Assembly (NCBI GenBank): GCA_030608385.1
Contig: JAUWEG010000001.1
Span: forward strand, 23,479-87,478
Origin: Candidatus Heimdallarchaeota archaeon
Lineage (GTDB): Archaea > Asgardarchaeota > Heimdallarchaeia > Heimdallarchaeales > Heimdallarchaeaceae
Length of the DNA stretch: 64,000 bases
Direction: 5' to 3'
The position numbers and the translations under genes are program-made. Each line of letters opens with the position of its first letter. The first letter of the stretch is position 1. The notes beneath the pieces are model-generated. The model was given only the letters and a program-made list of their open reading frames with translations, was not told where the DNA came from and ran no database searches. Shown piece after piece: positions 10,635-20,884 of this stretch.

Positions 10635-11213
10635 GTGATTAAAATGAAACAAACAAAGTCAATACAACCTCGTAAACAGAGGAAGAGTCATTTCAAAGCT
10701 GAATACCATATCAGAAACCGTAAAATGACAGCTCTATTATCTCATGCATTAAGAGAAAAATATGGTATCCGCCGTTTGCCTATACACAGAAACGATAAGG
10801 TGACAGTTTTCAAAAACAAATCACAAGACGCGGAAATTAAAGGAAAAGTCATTAGGGTTTTACCACAAAGATATGCAGTTCATATTGAGGGGCACAGTAA
10901 AGAAAAAGCAGATGGAACTATTGTCAGCTTTCCAGTTCATCCAAGCAATATTGTGATAACCTCACTAAATTTAAGAGATAAAAAGAGACGAGCTATTATT
11001 CAACGAAGGTCTAGAAAAGAAATGACTGATGAAGAATTAGCTGAAGATATTTTTGATGAAGATGAAGAGTTAGCTGAAGAACTAGAAGATTCTGATATGC
11101 TAGAAGATGAAGATTTCCTCGAAGAAGATTTCGAAGATCTTGATATGGATGAACTAGCTGAAGGAGAAGAAGAAACTCCTGACACTGAAGAAGACAAGGA
11201 GGAATCAGAATGA
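10635..11213 (+). CDS. rpl24: ribosomal protein uL24 (KOW) with a roughly 65 aa acidic C-terminal extension
   Basis: KOW motif KGKVIRVLPQR. The tail is D/E-rich (EELAEDIFDEDEELAEELEDSD...). Confidence 0.8.
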   Translation: MIKMKQTKSIQPRKQRKSHFKAEYHIRNRKMTALLSHALREKYGIRRLPIHRNDKVTVFKNKSQDAEIKGKVIRVLPQRYAVHIEGHSKEKADGTIVSFPVHPSNIVITSLNLRDKKRRAIIQRRSRKEMTDEELAEDIFDEDEELAEELEDSDMLEDEDFLEEDFEDLDMDELAEGEEETPDTEEDKEESE

Positions 11214-11956
11214 CCAAGGGCGGTGGAAAAAGACATCTGAAGAGATATGTTGTATCAAAACATATCGCCATCAGTAAAAAAACAGATACATACGCTGTCA
11301 GACCTTCCCCTGGTCCTCATGCAGCTTATGATTGTATTCCTGTAGCTATTCTACTAAGAGATATGTTCCAGTTTGCACGAAACATGAGCGAAGTGAAACG
11401 TATTCTCTATGAAAGAAATGTTGTCGTTGATGGAAGAGTTAAAACAAACAGAAAATACCCTCTAGGGTTTATGGATGTTTTATCTTTGCCCAAAATGCAA
11501 AAGCATTATAGGATGATTTACACAATTAAGAAAGGATTAAGAGCTATCCCAATAGATGAAAATGAAACAACTGAAAAATTGTGTCAAATAAAGAACAAAA
11601 CCACAATTAAAGATGGTTTAATACAACTAAATTTACATGACGGAAGAAATATAGTTCTTAGCAAAGAAGAAGATAATAATTCAACTTATGCTACTCATGA
11701 TACCATAAAAATTTCTCTACCTGAACAAAAGATTCTAGAGAAATTCGAGCTTAAAGTAGGAACATATGGATTTATTACTAGCGGAAGATGGATGGGTAGG
11801 CATGGTGCTATTGAAGAAATTAGTGCTCATGGAACTAAGAAAACAAAAACTGTTACCCTTAGTACTCCTGATGGTGAAAAAATAGTTACACTTTACAGAT
11901 ATATTTTTGTTGTAGGGGATCAATCTCCAAGTGTGACAATTGAAGGTAAGAAGTAG
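11210..11956 (+). CDS. rps4e: ribosomal protein eS4
   Basis: 248 aa with S4e-type N-terminal RNA-binding and KOW-like regions. There is a 4-nt overlap with rpl24. Confidence 0.85.
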   Translation: MTKGGGKRHLKRYVVSKHIAISKKTDTYAVRPSPGPHAAYDCIPVAILLRDMFQFARNMSEVKRILYERNVVVDGRVKTNRKYPLGFMDVLSLPKMQKHYRMIYTIKKGLRAIPIDENETTEKLCQIKNKTTIKDGLIQLNLHDGRNIVLSKEEDNNSTYATHDTIKISLPEQKILEKFELKVGTYGFITSGRWMGRHGAIEEISAHGTKKTKTVTLSTPDGEKIVTLYRYIFVVGDQSPSVTIEGKK

Positions 11957-11963
11957 GTGATGA

Positions 11964-12533
11964 TTGATGACAGAAGAAGTAATGGAACAAACACAATTTG
12001 AGCCTAAATTTGCCGAAGAATGGAAGAAGAATCCAATGAAAAAGCCAAAGCTAAAAGCTCTCATCGTCAATACATGTGTCGGTGAATCAGGTCCAAGATA
12101 TGAACGTTCAAAGGAAATTCTAAGACAGATAACTAATAGGGAGCCTGTTGATAGGCAAGCAAAAGAATCTATAAGAGGTTTTAACATCAGAAAAGGTGAA
12201 CCAATTGCTTCACTTGTAACTCTGAGGGGAGATGAAGCTGGTAAAGCCTTGAAACGTTTTCTGTATGCATATGATTACGAAATTAAACATTCATCTTTTG
12301 ATGAACAAGGTAATTTTGCTTTTGGTATAACAGAACATGTTGATATTGAGGATGCACCATTTGATCCTATGTTAGGAACTATTGGTTTTAATGTAGTTGT
12401 TAAAATTGAAAGAGCTGGATATAGACTCAAGTATCGCCAAAGAAAAAGACAAAGTATCCCAAAAAAGCACTTGATTAGCCCTGAAGAAGCCATGGAATAT
12501 CTAGTGACAGAATTTGGGATGAAGATAATTTAG
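11964..12533 (+). CDS. rpl5: ribosomal protein uL5
   Basis: ALIVNTCVGESG ... FAFGITEHVDIEDAPFDP matches the archaeal L5 pattern. Confidence 0.85.
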   Translation: MMTEEVMEQTQFEPKFAEEWKKNPMKKPKLKALIVNTCVGESGPRYERSKEILRQITNREPVDRQAKESIRGFNIRKGEPIASLVTLRGDEAGKALKRFLYAYDYEIKHSSFDEQGNFAFGITEHVDIEDAPFDPMLGTIGFNVVVKIERAGYRLKYRQRKRQSIPKKHLISPEEAMEYLVTEFGMKII

Positions 12534-12542
12534 GTGACGGAA

Positions 12543-12710
12543 ATGCAAGAGAAAAGAGAAATTAAATATGGTAAAGGCTCAAGACGATGCAGACGTTGTG
12601 GAACTCATCAAGCTATTATAAGAAGAGGAGGACTATATGTTTGTAGACGATGCATTAGAGAAATATACGCCAAAATAGGTTTCAAGAAAACCGGCGGTAG
12701 AGGAGGATAA
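12543..12710 (+). CDS. rps14: ribosomal protein uS14, zinc-binding type Z (55 aa)
   Basis: Not in the ORF track because it is under 60 aa. ATG at 12543, with GGTGA upstream. CRRCG-x13-CRRC zinc ribbon. Located between rpl5 and rps8. Confidence 0.8.
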   Translation: MQEKREIKYGKGSRRCRRCGTHQAIIRRGGLYVCRRCIREIYAKIGFKKTGGRGG

Positions 12711-12723
12711 GGAGGTAATAAAA

Positions 12724-13113
12724 ATGCAAATGGATACACTAGCAGATGCCTTAACATCAATTCTGAATGCTGAAAAAACTGGAAAGAAAACCGTCACAGT
12801 CAAACCTGCAAGTAAAATAATTGCTAATGTTTTGCGAACAATTCAAAGAGCTGGATATCTAGGAGAACTAGAATATATCGAAAATAATAGAGGGGGAATG
12901 TTCGATATCCAACTTTTAGGTCGTATAAACAAGTGCGGTGTTATCAAACCTCGTTTCCCAATCAAGAAAGATGCATTTGAGGATGAAGAACGTGCGTATC
13001 TTCCCGCAAGAGGATTCGGTATACTTGTAGTCACTACCTCAGAAGGCGTTATGACACACGAAAATGCAAAAGAGAAAGACATCGGTGGTCGTTTATTGGC
13101 TTACATATACTAA
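12724..13113 (+). CDS. rps8: ribosomal protein uS8
   Basis: Sequence pattern and position both fit uS8. Confidence 0.9.
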   Translation: MQMDTLADALTSILNAEKTGKKTVTVKPASKIIANVLRTIQRAGYLGELEYIENNRGGMFDIQLLGRINKCGVIKPRFPIKKDAFEDEERAYLPARGFGILVVTTSEGVMTHENAKEKDIGGRLLAYIY

Positions 13114-13123
13114 AGTGATTAAA

Positions 13124-13675
13124 ATGAAACAATTATACATCGCAAGAAGTATCGAACTTCCTGAAGATTTGAAGATAACAGTTAAAGATCGACATGTAAC
13201 TATTGAAGGACCTAAAGGTACTTTGACAAGAAACTTTGATCCGACTGATGTTGAAATTACAAAGAAAGGCAAAAAAGTTGATATCAAGGCTTACTATATA
13301 AATAAAAAACGAAAAGCAGCAACCCTTGCAGTAGTTGGGTACATAAACAACATGATCAAAGGCGTAATGCAAGGTTATACATACAAATCTAAGATTGTTT
13401 TTAGTCACTTTCCTTTGACAGTTGAACCAGACAATAAGAAAAAAATTATAACCATCAAGAATTTGTATGGTGGTCGTAAGCACATAACTGTTCCTATAGT
13501 CGGTCCTGAAACCACAGTTAAAATTGACAAAGATGATGTCATCATCGAAGGTATTGATAAAGAAGCAGTAGGTCAAACAACAGCTAATATGCAAGAAGCA
13601 TGTAGGTTAAGAGGTAAAAGAAAGAAAGATCCAGAAACCTTCATGGATGGCATTTGGCTGTGGGATAAAGAATAA
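13124..13675 (+). CDS. rpl6: ribosomal protein uL6
   Basis: The track ORF extends upstream, but the ATG at 13124 (GTGAT 5 nt upstream) gives the canonical L6 N-terminus. Two L6 repeat domains are present. Confidence 0.85.
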   Translation: MKQLYIARSIELPEDLKITVKDRHVTIEGPKGTLTRNFDPTDVEITKKGKKVDIKAYYINKKRKAATLAVVGYINNMIKGVMQGYTYKSKIVFSHFPLTVEPDNKKKIITIKNLYGGRKHITVPIVGPETTVKIDKDDVIIEGIDKEAVGQTTANMQEACRLRGKRKKDPETFMDGIWLWDKE

Positions 13676-13677
13676 TC

Positions 13678-13706
13678 CCTTCTTTTTTATTTTTTATTTT
13701 TATTAC
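13678..13706 (+). terminator. oligo-T tract after rpl6 (putative archaeal intrinsic terminator)
   Basis: tcttttttattttttatttttatt immediately 3' of rpl6, followed by a roughly 190 nt AT-rich gap before rpl32e. Confidence 0.3.
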
Positions 13707-13865
13707 TTCATTTAGTTTCTAATACTTCTAAATTTGAATGTGAATTTTATTATTATGATTTTTTAGGAGACTTTATGATTCTGTTCTAGAATATCTTAAC
13801 GATAAAAAGTATTAAAAACACCAGAAAGTAGGTAGCATAATTAAGAAGGTAACATTCTACCGTGA

Positions 13866-14399
13866 GTGCCTATGACAGTCAGTAAAAAACGATTGTTGGA
13901 AAAACGAAAAAAAATCAATGCTCGTAGACCTAACTTTGTACGTCAAGAAAGTTGGCGCTACAATAGAGTCAAGAAAAGTTGGCGAAAGCCCAAGGGTATT
14001 GATAATAAAATGAAAGAAAAACGCAAAGGTGTTCCTGCAATGGTCAGCGTTGGTTATAGAGGACCAAAAGCTGTCAGAGGTCTGCATCCTTCGGGTTATC
14101 AGGTAGTTCATGTTGCTAATATCTACGAACTTGATAAAGTAGATAAAGAGATTGAAGCAGTGATGATTAAACATACTGTGGGGTCTCGAAAAAGGCAAAC
14201 AATTCTCGACACAGCAGCAGATTTGGGTTTGAAAGTACTGAATCCACCAGCTCGAATTGAAGAGTTTGGTGAAGTACTCGAAGATACTATGCTCGAGGAA
14301 GAGTATGAACTATTAGATGAAGATTTCGAGTTGGATGAAGATTTCGAGTTGGACGAAGACCTTGAAAAAGATGAAAAATCAAAAGATGATTCTTCATAG
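13866..14399 (+). CDS. rpl32e: ribosomal protein eL32 with an acidic C-terminal extension
   Basis: NFVRQESWRYNRV ... SVGYRGPK core. The tail is EEYELLDEDFELDEDFELDEDLEKDE. Confidence 0.8.
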   Translation: MPMTVSKKRLLEKRKKINARRPNFVRQESWRYNRVKKSWRKPKGIDNKMKEKRKGVPAMVSVGYRGPKAVRGLHPSGYQVVHVANIYELDKVDKEIEAVMIKHTVGSRKRQTILDTAADLGLKVLNPPARIEEFGEVLEDTMLEEEYELLDEDFELDEDFELDEDLEKDEKSKDDSS

Positions 14400-14425
14400 A
14401 ACAAAACTAACATGAGGTTAAGTTT

Positions 14426-14890
14426 ATGGACGTAAAAACTCAAAGAAAAATAGCTGCTAAAGTATTAAAGGTCGGTGTTAACAGAGTTATAATCGAACCT
14501 GATAGTCTAATTGATGTTGCTTTAGCGATTACTAGAGAGGATATTAGGCGTCATATAGATGACGGCGATATCAGAAAAAGAAAGGTTAAAGGAATTAGTA
14601 GAGGGAGAGCAAGAGCTGTTGCGGCTAAGAAGAGAAAGGGTCAAAGAATTGGTCCCGGTAGTCGTAAAGGTCCTAAATACTCTCGTCTTCCTAGTAAAGA
14701 CAGATGGATCGCAAAAGTACGAGCTCAACGAAAATACCTTAAAAACCTTAGAGATGAAGGATATATTGATACTTTAAATTACAGAAAGTTATATCTCCAA
14801 GCTAAAGGTGGCCTTTTCCGCTCTGTACGCTATCTTCGAAATTATATTGCTGAACATGGTTTAGCAAAGAAACGTCTTCCTGAATTATAA
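14426..14890 (+). CDS. rpl19e: ribosomal protein eL19
   Basis: QRKIAAKVLKVG N-terminus and a basic C-terminal half. Confidence 0.85.
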   Translation: MDVKTQRKIAAKVLKVGVNRVIIEPDSLIDVALAITREDIRRHIDDGDIRKRKVKGISRGRARAVAAKKRKGQRIGPGSRKGPKYSRLPSKDRWIAKVRAQRKYLKNLRDEGYIDTLNYRKLYLQAKGGLFRSVRYLRNYIAEHGLAKKRLPEL

Positions 14891-14904
14891 TAAGGTGATA
14901 AAAG

Positions 14905-15546
14905 ATGTCAAGAAGAAGCAGAAAGGGTTATAAAAAGAAAAGGAAGCTGCAGCCAAAGCGTCAAAGATATGGACCACTCTATAGAGTTCCATTTAGAAGA
15001 CGCCGAGAAATGAAAACAGATTATAGACAAAGAAAAAGACTCTTAAAATCTGGTAAAATTCGATTTGTAGCAAGACCTTCAAATAAGCAAGTTTTGGTTC
15101 AGTTCGTTGAATCAAAAATTGGTGGCGATCAAACTTTTGTTCAAGTAAGATCAAATGAATTGAAGAATCATGGATGGGATATAGCTACTTCAAATCTACC
15201 TGCGGCTTATCTTACTGGCTATCTAGCTGGTAAAAAGGCTATAAAATCTAAAATTAAAGCAGCAATTTTAGATGTTGGTACATTTGCTGTAAATCCAGGA
15301 ACAAGAATGTTTGCTACTCTCAAGGGAGTAGTGGATGCAGGGATAGAAATTCCATACAATGATAAAATGATGCCTTCTGAAGATAGAATCAGAGGAAAAC
15401 ACATCCAATCTTATGCCAAATTATTAGCTAAAGAAGATAAGGAGAAGTACAGTAAACTCTTCTCTAAATATCTCGAAGTTAATAAGAAGCCTGAGAATTT
15501 ACCCTCGCTTTTCGATGAGGTAAAAGCTAAGATTGATAGATTATAA
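14905..15546 (+). CDS. rpl18: ribosomal protein uL18
   Basis: Basic N-terminus and the L18/5S-binding fold pattern. Position fits uL18. Confidence 0.8.
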   Translation: MSRRSRKGYKKKRKLQPKRQRYGPLYRVPFRRRREMKTDYRQRKRLLKSGKIRFVARPSNKQVLVQFVESKIGGDQTFVQVRSNELKNHGWDIATSNLPAAYLTGYLAGKKAIKSKIKAAILDVGTFAVNPGTRMFATLKGVVDAGIEIPYNDKMMPSEDRIRGKHIQSYAKLLAKEDKEKYSKLFSKYLEVNKKPENLPSLFDEVKAKIDRL

Positions 15547-15560
15547 TGAGGTAGATAAAA

Positions 15561-16199
15561 ATGAGTAGAAATATGTATTTAGATTTAGACGCATGGGAAC
15601 CTCGAACAAGAGTAGGGAGATTAGTTAAAGAGGGTAGAATTTCAAGCATCGACGAAATATTCCAACAGGGATTACCTCTGGTGGAACCTGAAATCATTGA
15701 TATGTTGTTCGGTGATACTCTTGAGGATGATGTAGTTGATATTAGTCTTGTTCAGAGACAAACAGACGCTGGTAGAAAACGCAAATTCCGCGCAACTGTT
15801 GTTGTAGGAAATCGTAATGGTTACGTTGGCGTTGGAGAAGCTAAGCTAAAAGAAATTGGTCCAGCTATCAAAAAGGCCATAGTCAATGCTAAATTAAATA
15901 TTAGGCCTGTAAGACGAGGATGTGGATCATGGGAATGCTCATGCGGAACTCAACATACAGTACCTTTCAAGGTTTCTGGAAAAGTAGGGTCAACTAAGGT
16001 TATACTTTATCCTGCACCACGAGGTTTAGGCCTAGTAGTTGGAAATACTGCTAAAACAGTTCTAGAACTAGCTGGAATAGCTGATGTGTGGAGTAAAACA
16101 TTTGGAGAAACTCGTACTACCTCAAACTTTGCTAAATCAACTTTTGAGGCATTAAAAAATAGTTATTCCATTATAGCTCCATATGATTGGACAAGATAG
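15561..16199 (+). CDS. rps5: ribosomal protein uS5
   Basis: dsRBD plus the S5 C-terminal domain ([22 protein letters not shown]). Confidence 0.9.
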   Translation: MSRNMYLDLDAWEPRTRVGRLVKEGRISSIDEIFQQGLPLVEPEIIDMLFGDTLEDDVVDISLVQRQTDAGRKRKFRATVVVGNRNGYVGVGEAKLKEIGPAIKKAIVNAKLNIRPVRRGCGSWECSCGTQHTVPFKVSGKVGSTKVILYPAPRGLGLVVGNTAKTVLELAGIADVWSKTFGETRTTSNFAKSTFEALKNSYSIIAPYDWTR

Positions 16200-16212
16200 G
16201 AAAGTGAGAGAA

Positions 16213-16701
16213 ATGAGTCAAACTAAAGATAAACCAGAATTATTGGCGGTTATTCGATTAAGAGGAACAATCAACGTTCATTATAATGTTCGTGAAACTC
16301 TGAAGATGTTAAATGTTAGACGAAGTAACTATATGACTCTTGTTCCTAATACTTCTTCATATATGGGTATGCTCAAAAAAGCTAAAGATTACCTAACATG
16401 GGGTGAAGTTAGTCAAGAGGCATTGGAATACGTTCTTACCAAGAGAGGAGAATTACCAGGTAGAACTAAAATTTCTAACAAATATCTGAAAGAAAATTCC
16501 TCCTACACAACAATCAAAGCACTTTCCAAAGCATTAGTTAATGGAGAAACAAGCTTAGGTGATATAACTGGATTGAAAAAATTCTTCAGACTCCATCCTG
16601 CATCAAAAGGATATAAATCCATGAAACGCGGTTTCGCAGAAGGCGGAGATTTGGGGTATAGAGGAAATACAATCAATGAGCTAATAATAAGAATGTCGTG
16701 A
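16213..16701 (+). CDS. rpl30: ribosomal protein uL30
   Basis: LLAVIRLRGTINV ... motif. I place the start at the internal Met, which is later than the track's start. Confidence 0.8.
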   Translation: MSQTKDKPELLAVIRLRGTINVHYNVRETLKMLNVRRSNYMTLVPNTSSYMGMLKKAKDYLTWGEVSQEALEYVLTKRGELPGRTKISNKYLKENSSYTTIKALSKALVNGETSLGDITGLKKFFRLHPASKGYKSMKRGFAEGGDLGYRGNTINELIIRMS

Positions 16702-17150
16702 TATTAATGACAGTAAGAAAAAGAAAAAAGGTTAGACGAGAACGTGGATACCGTACCCATGGCTGGGGAATTGTTCGAACTCACAGAGGAAGTGGTATGC
16801 GTGGTGGAGTTGGTAAAGCTGCCCCTATGTCACATCATTGGATTCAAACAGTTAAGGGACTTCGTCCTCCTGTTGGAAAAAAAGGTTTTGTTCGTCCTCC
16901 TGCTGTAACTGAGAAAACCTATCAAATTAACATTTCTCATCTTGAAGCTATGATCCCCTCATTGTTAAATGAAGGATTAGCAGTTAAGAAAGGAGAAAAA
17001 TTTGAGATAAAACTGGAAGAACTTGGTTATACTAAATTACTTGCTCAAGGTAATATAACTACCCCAATGAGTATAACAGTTAATAAAGCATCTGAGAAAG
17101 CAATTGCCAAAATCAAAAAAGCTGGCGGTAAAGTAAACCTAATAGAATAG
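16698..17150 (+). CDS. rpl15: ribosomal protein uL15
   Basis: THRGSGMRGGVGKAAP glycine-rich L15 motif. Confidence 0.85.
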   Translation: MILMTVRKRKKVRRERGYRTHGWGIVRTHRGSGMRGGVGKAAPMSHHWIQTVKGLRPPVGKKGFVRPPAVTEKTYQINISHLEAMIPSLLNEGLAVKKGEKFEIKLEELGYTKLLAQGNITTPMSITVNKASEKAIAKIKKAGGKVNLIE

Positions 17151-17264
17151 ATTCTTTACCTCTATTCCTTATTTTTTATTCATTTTTAAGATTTTAACCT
17201 ATTCTAATAATATTCTATTCCTTTCACTATACGAAAACCTTTTGTTTAAGTGTTCTAATCTGGG

Positions 17265-17888
17265 TTGAATAGCATGAAAGTTTTTATTCTAGTTGGTTTG
17301 CAACTGAGCGGAAAATCATCTCATGGTCACAAATTGAGAGAAGAAGAAAATATTCCCATGATAGAAACAGGTCATGCAGTTTACCATGAACTGAAAAGGC
17401 AGAACCTCGAGGTAAATCATAAGAATACATCAAAAGTTATTATAGGACTTCTTTCTAAAGATCCAACAGCTTTTACACAAGCCATTTTGGAATTCGAGAA
17501 AGAGAAATATGAAGACTCTTCTGTTTTGATTCTTAATGGTGTTAAATCTTCTGCAGAAATAAATTATACAAAAGACAAGTTTGGGAAGAACAATGTCTAT
17601 GTTTTATGTTTTCATGCAGGACAACTAACTAGGTTCAATAGAGTAACAAACCCAGATCGTTTTGCGGTGTCTGGAAGATATCTTGAAAAAACTCAAGAAG
17701 ATCAAGATTTAGCAAAATGGGAGAATTTCAAAAGTAGGGATATTCGCGAAATCGGTCTAGGTATAGGTAACGCAATAGCAACAGCTAACCACATTATTGT
17801 CACCGAAGATAAAGATTGGCCGTATTATACCTTTGAAATCTCTTATAAGAATTTTAAAAAATACGTTTTAGCAAAATTAAGTGTTTAG
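17265..17888 (+). CDS. P-loop NTPase, small nucleotide-kinase-like protein
   Basis: Gly-rich GLQLSGKSS element near the N-terminus. The 207 aa size is kinase-like. It occupies the position after rpl15 where secY/adk normally follow. Confidence 0.35.
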   Translation: MNSMKVFILVGLQLSGKSSHGHKLREEENIPMIETGHAVYHELKRQNLEVNHKNTSKVIIGLLSKDPTAFTQAILEFEKEKYEDSSVLILNGVKSSAEINYTKDKFGKNNVYVLCFHAGQLTRFNRVTNPDRFAVSGRYLEKTQEDQDLAKWENFKSRDIREIGLGIGNAIATANHIIVTEDKDWPYYTFEISYKNFKKYVLAKLSV

Positions 17889-17907
17889 ATACTTAGATAG
17901 TAAACAA

Positions 17908-18918
17908 TTATTTTGCTTTTGAACTTGGGTAGGTTCCTATTGGCATAAGAACTCTCTTTACACTTGCTAAAATACCATGATCCGAACTCTTTATACTATC
18001 AGATGTAAGCTGCATCTCTCCTAATGCAATTAGTTCATGTTTAAGTGTAAAAATACCAACTAAATCACCTTTACCAAACTTGTTAGTATATTTAGACAAT
18101 CCAGGCATAGCAAGTGGTGCTCCATGACAAAGGGAATCTACTGTACTGTCTTTCACAAAGAGTTTTGGTATATGCTTGACTCCATATTCCATAGGAAGTA
18201 TGATATTTCGAAGTGGCACTTCATCCTTCTCTTCAAGATACCAACTATATGCATCATAGAGGTCTTGAAGTGTTGATAAGTGGTCATCTTCAGTAAAAGG
18301 TCCTGATCTAATTCTACGTAATTCCTTCATGTGCGCGCCACAAGATAGACTTTGACCGATATCATGACAATACTTTCTAATGTAAGTTCCCGCTTGACAA
18401 CTTACTCTAAATAATACTTCCCTTTCTTTTATCTGAATAATCTCATTTTCGTAAATTTTTCTAATTCTCAAAACTCTTTTTACACTAGATCTTAATGGAG
18501 GGCGTTGATAAAGTTCTCCTAAATATTCCTTCATTATGTCCTTAATTTTCCCTTCTTCAACATCTTTGTGCAATTTCATATTGCACATATATTCTTTACC
18601 TGCAAGTAATAAAGTATCTAGAATTCTTGTGGCTTTGCTAAGTGCAACTGGCAAAACACCTGTAACGTGGGGATCCAAAGTACCTGAATGACCTGCACGG
18701 GGTATATCGAGTATTTTCTTAACATAACTAACAACTTCGTGGCTTGTTGGTTTAGGTGGTTTATCCAAATTTATTATACCGTATTGTAATAGTTCTTCAA
18801 TAGATCGATCTGTTGGGATTTTACCCCATCTGAAGTTAGTTGTATCACTTGACAATTCTACTATCTTGTCATTTTCATTGCCCAAGACGATTTTTGAAGG
18901 AGTAAAAATAATTGTCAT
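17908..18918 (-). CDS. cbf5: H/ACA RNP pseudouridine synthase Cbf5 (TruB family + PUA)
   Basis: GHSGTLDP catalytic motif and a C-terminal PUA-like domain. It is adjacent to rpl14e-cmk, as in other archaea. Confidence 0.9.
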   Translation of the reverse strand: MTIIFTPSKIVLGNENDKIVELSSDTTNFRWGKIPTDRSIEELLQYGIINLDKPPKPTSHEVVSYVKKILDIPRAGHSGTLDPHVTGVLPVALSKATRILDTLLLAGKEYMCNMKLHKDVEEGKIKDIMKEYLGELYQRPPLRSSVKRVLRIRKIYENEIIQIKEREVLFRVSCQAGTYIRKYCHDIGQSLSCGAHMKELRRIRSGPFTEDDHLSTLQDLYDAYSWYLEEKDEVPLRNIILPMEYGVKHIPKLFVKDSTVDSLCHGAPLAMPGLSKYTNKFGKGDLVGIFTLKHELIALGEMQLTSDSIKSSDHGILASVKRVLMPIGTYPSSKAK

Positions 18919-18970
18919 ATTTCACCAACTATTGAAAAAAGGGAGATATTAAGTTTGAGGAAAAAGAAAC

Positions 18971-19246
18971 TTAAGGAATTATAATTTCTTCCATAAATTT
19001 CTTCAATTTTGCAGTTTCAATTGCTGCTTTGACTTCTTCATCTGTTGCATCTCTTTTGATTGCAACAACTTTATCTGTTGGTTCTAAATGTCTTATATTG
19101 CATTTGCGACGACGAACTGAAGTTACTATTTTTGGTCCAGTAAGGAGAACATAGTTTTCGTTTATAATGTCGACTATTATTCCTTTCTTTCCTGCTTCTC
19201 TTCCATTTGTCTTAACAATAACTCTTCCTACTTGAATTGCTGTCAT
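18971..19246 (-). CDS. rpl14e: ribosomal protein eL14
   Basis: VGRVIVKTNGREAGKKGIIVDII KOW motif. Confidence 0.85.
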   Translation of the reverse strand: MTAIQVGRVIVKTNGREAGKKGIIVDIINENYVLLTGPKIVTSVRRRKCNIRHLEPTDKVVAIKRDATDEEVKAAIETAKLKKFMEEIIIP

Positions 19247-19788
19247 TCTTTTTCACCTTTTAATTTTCTATTAAACGCAGTCAATATTATTTCAACACAT
19301 TCAAAGGCGTTGAATTTCTGTGAATTAATTATCAGATCATAGATAGTTAAATCAGTGATATCGATTTTATACAGTTTTTGATATCTGTTTTTTTCAGATT
19401 CTTCTCTAGCCTTTGTTTCTTGAATAATAATTTCAACTGTTTTGTTTTCTCTTTCAGATATTCTTTGAATTCTTAAATCAAACGGAGCTGTAATATAAAT
19501 GAGTATGTCTGCTTCGTTTTTAAGCATCCATCCTCCTAATTGTGCGTCAATAACTATATTGTCTCTTGTTTGACCCAATTCTAATGTTTTATCATCAATA
19601 TATTTGTCAATCTCTTCTTTTAGTTCAGCATGTTTACTGAATTCTTCAAGACTCATATTTTCTTCTTTTGCCATATCTCTAAACAGTTCACCAGCTGATA
19701 CATACTCATATCCTAAACTCTCCGCAACTTTCCTAGCAGCAGTGCTTTTTCCGGAACCGTGCGGACCTGAAACTGCGATAATTGGCAA
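19243..19788 (-). CDS. cmk: cytidylate kinase, archaeal type
   Basis: P-loop GPHGSGKST. The 181 aa size and position between rpl34e and rpl14e both fit. Confidence 0.8.
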   Translation of the reverse strand: MPIIAVSGPHGSGKSTAARKVAESLGYEYVSAGELFRDMAKEENMSLEEFSKHAELKEEIDKYIDDKTLELGQTRDNIVIDAQLGGWMLKNEADILIYITAPFDLRIQRISERENKTVEIIIQETKAREESEKNRYQKLYKIDITDLTIYDLIINSQKFNAFECVEIILTAFNRKLKGEKE

Positions 19789-19806
19789 TTTGCCACATCC
19801 TCAGAA

Positions 19807-20064
19807 TTAACTGCGAACTTCTGCCTTAATTGCACTCTTTAAGCAATTTGAGCATAAATGTCCTGCATGTTGTCTTGTTGGCAAACGCTCAGAACGAGAC
19901 ATTTTTCTTACTCTATTCTGATTACCAAAAGCTACTCCATGAACGATAGCTCCACAATTAGCACAATGTGGCTTTTTTGTTCTTTTGTCTACTCTTCTTA
20001 ACTTAGTTCCAGAGGGTGTTCTTCGCTTTCTTGTTTTTGCGACACGTAATGAAGGTTTAACCAT
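19807..20064 (-). CDS. rpl34e: ribosomal protein eL34
   Basis: Basic 85 aa protein with a Cys ribbon (CANCG ... CSNC). Confidence 0.85.
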   Translation of the reverse strand: MVKPSLRVAKTRKRRTPSGTKLRRVDKRTKKPHCANCGAIVHGVAFGNQNRVRKMSRSERLPTRQHAGHLCSNCLKSAIKAEVRS

Positions 20065-20085
20065 TTTGATTCCTCATAGTAATTT

Positions 20086-20796
20086 TCATTCTTTTTTGGT
20101 GGTGGTTTTCTTTCTAGCTAATTGTTCTTTGGCAGATGAAACTGGTGTTTTAACTTGTTTTTCCTTAACTGTTGTTGATCTGGATTTAGCTGCTCCTGAT
20201 GGAGTGACTCCAAATATCCTGGAAATTATTGAACCAAAAGCAAAGGCAGTTATGAAATACCAAGTTGAAAAGGGAACTTTTGAGAAGAAACGTCCATTGT
20301 ACTCTTCAAGTCCAAACCAAGGGTTGCTTCCTATCCAGGGAAAATTTCCAATATTGAAAGGCAACCAAGCATAATAATGTGTTACTGGATTTGCTTCTGT
20401 GGGAACACCACTTGGAAAGGCACCTCGTAAAATTGCAAATATTAGCAAGAAAGGAATAGTTGTAAAAAGCATTGGCTTCATTCGTTTAAACATCATAGAG
20501 GATTGCATTTTCTTGATTCTTTCCTCATCCCTTTTTACACTTAACCATAATTTCTTATCTGCAGTTTGCATGGCTTTCTTTCTCCTTTGGTTCCATTCAT
20601 TGACTTTTTGCATACTTTCCTTTAATGCATCAACGTCTGAAACTACTCTGGTGATTGTTGTTGATATAATAGCAAGTAGAACAGAAGTTAATGCAATGAT
20701 CCAAGCCGAAGTAGGTCTTTGATTAAGTCCATGTTCTATCATCCAGTTTGTTAGTCCTTTAAACCAATTGTCCCAGAAAGCCATAACTAAAACCAC
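20086..20796 (-). CDS. DUF106-family membrane protein (Oxa1/EMC3/TMCO1-like insertase homologue)
   Basis: Three TM segments with a coiled-coil between TM1 and TM2 and a basic C-terminal tail. It sits at the conserved archaeal position between secY/adk and cmk. Confidence 0.65.
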   Translation of the reverse strand: MVLVMAFWDNWFKGLTNWMIEHGLNQRPTSAWIIALTSVLLAIISTTITRVVSDVDALKESMQKVNEWNQRRKKAMQTADKKLWLSVKRDEERIKKMQSSMMFKRMKPMLFTTIPFLLIFAILRGAFPSGVPTEANPVTHYYAWLPFNIGNFPWIGSNPWFGLEEYNGRFFSKVPFSTWYFITAFAFGSIISRIFGVTPSGAAKSRSTTVKEKQVKTPVSSAKEQLARKKTTTKKE

Positions 20797-20884
20797 ATTC
20801 TATACTATACTTACACGAAAAATGATTTTCTTTTTAAAAGCTTTTGTAATTGGAGTATACTACTAATATACAATTTTATCAAAA

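Noticed and set aside
11000-11271. 78 aa and 86 aa minus-strand ORFs
   Set aside because: Antisense to the acidic tail of rpl24. Their Ser-rich low complexity is a codon-complement artefact.
13133-13594. 153 aa minus-strand ORF
   Set aside because: Entirely antisense to rpl6. It is Cys/Phe-rich junk, whereas rpl6 on the plus strand has a clear family match.
17265-17888. Calling this gene adenylate kinase (adk) on positional grounds
   Set aside because: Its Gly-rich N-terminal element (GLQLSGKSS) and overall sequence do not match archaeal AdkA or bacterial Adk patterns well enough. I kept it as a generic P-loop kinase-like protein.
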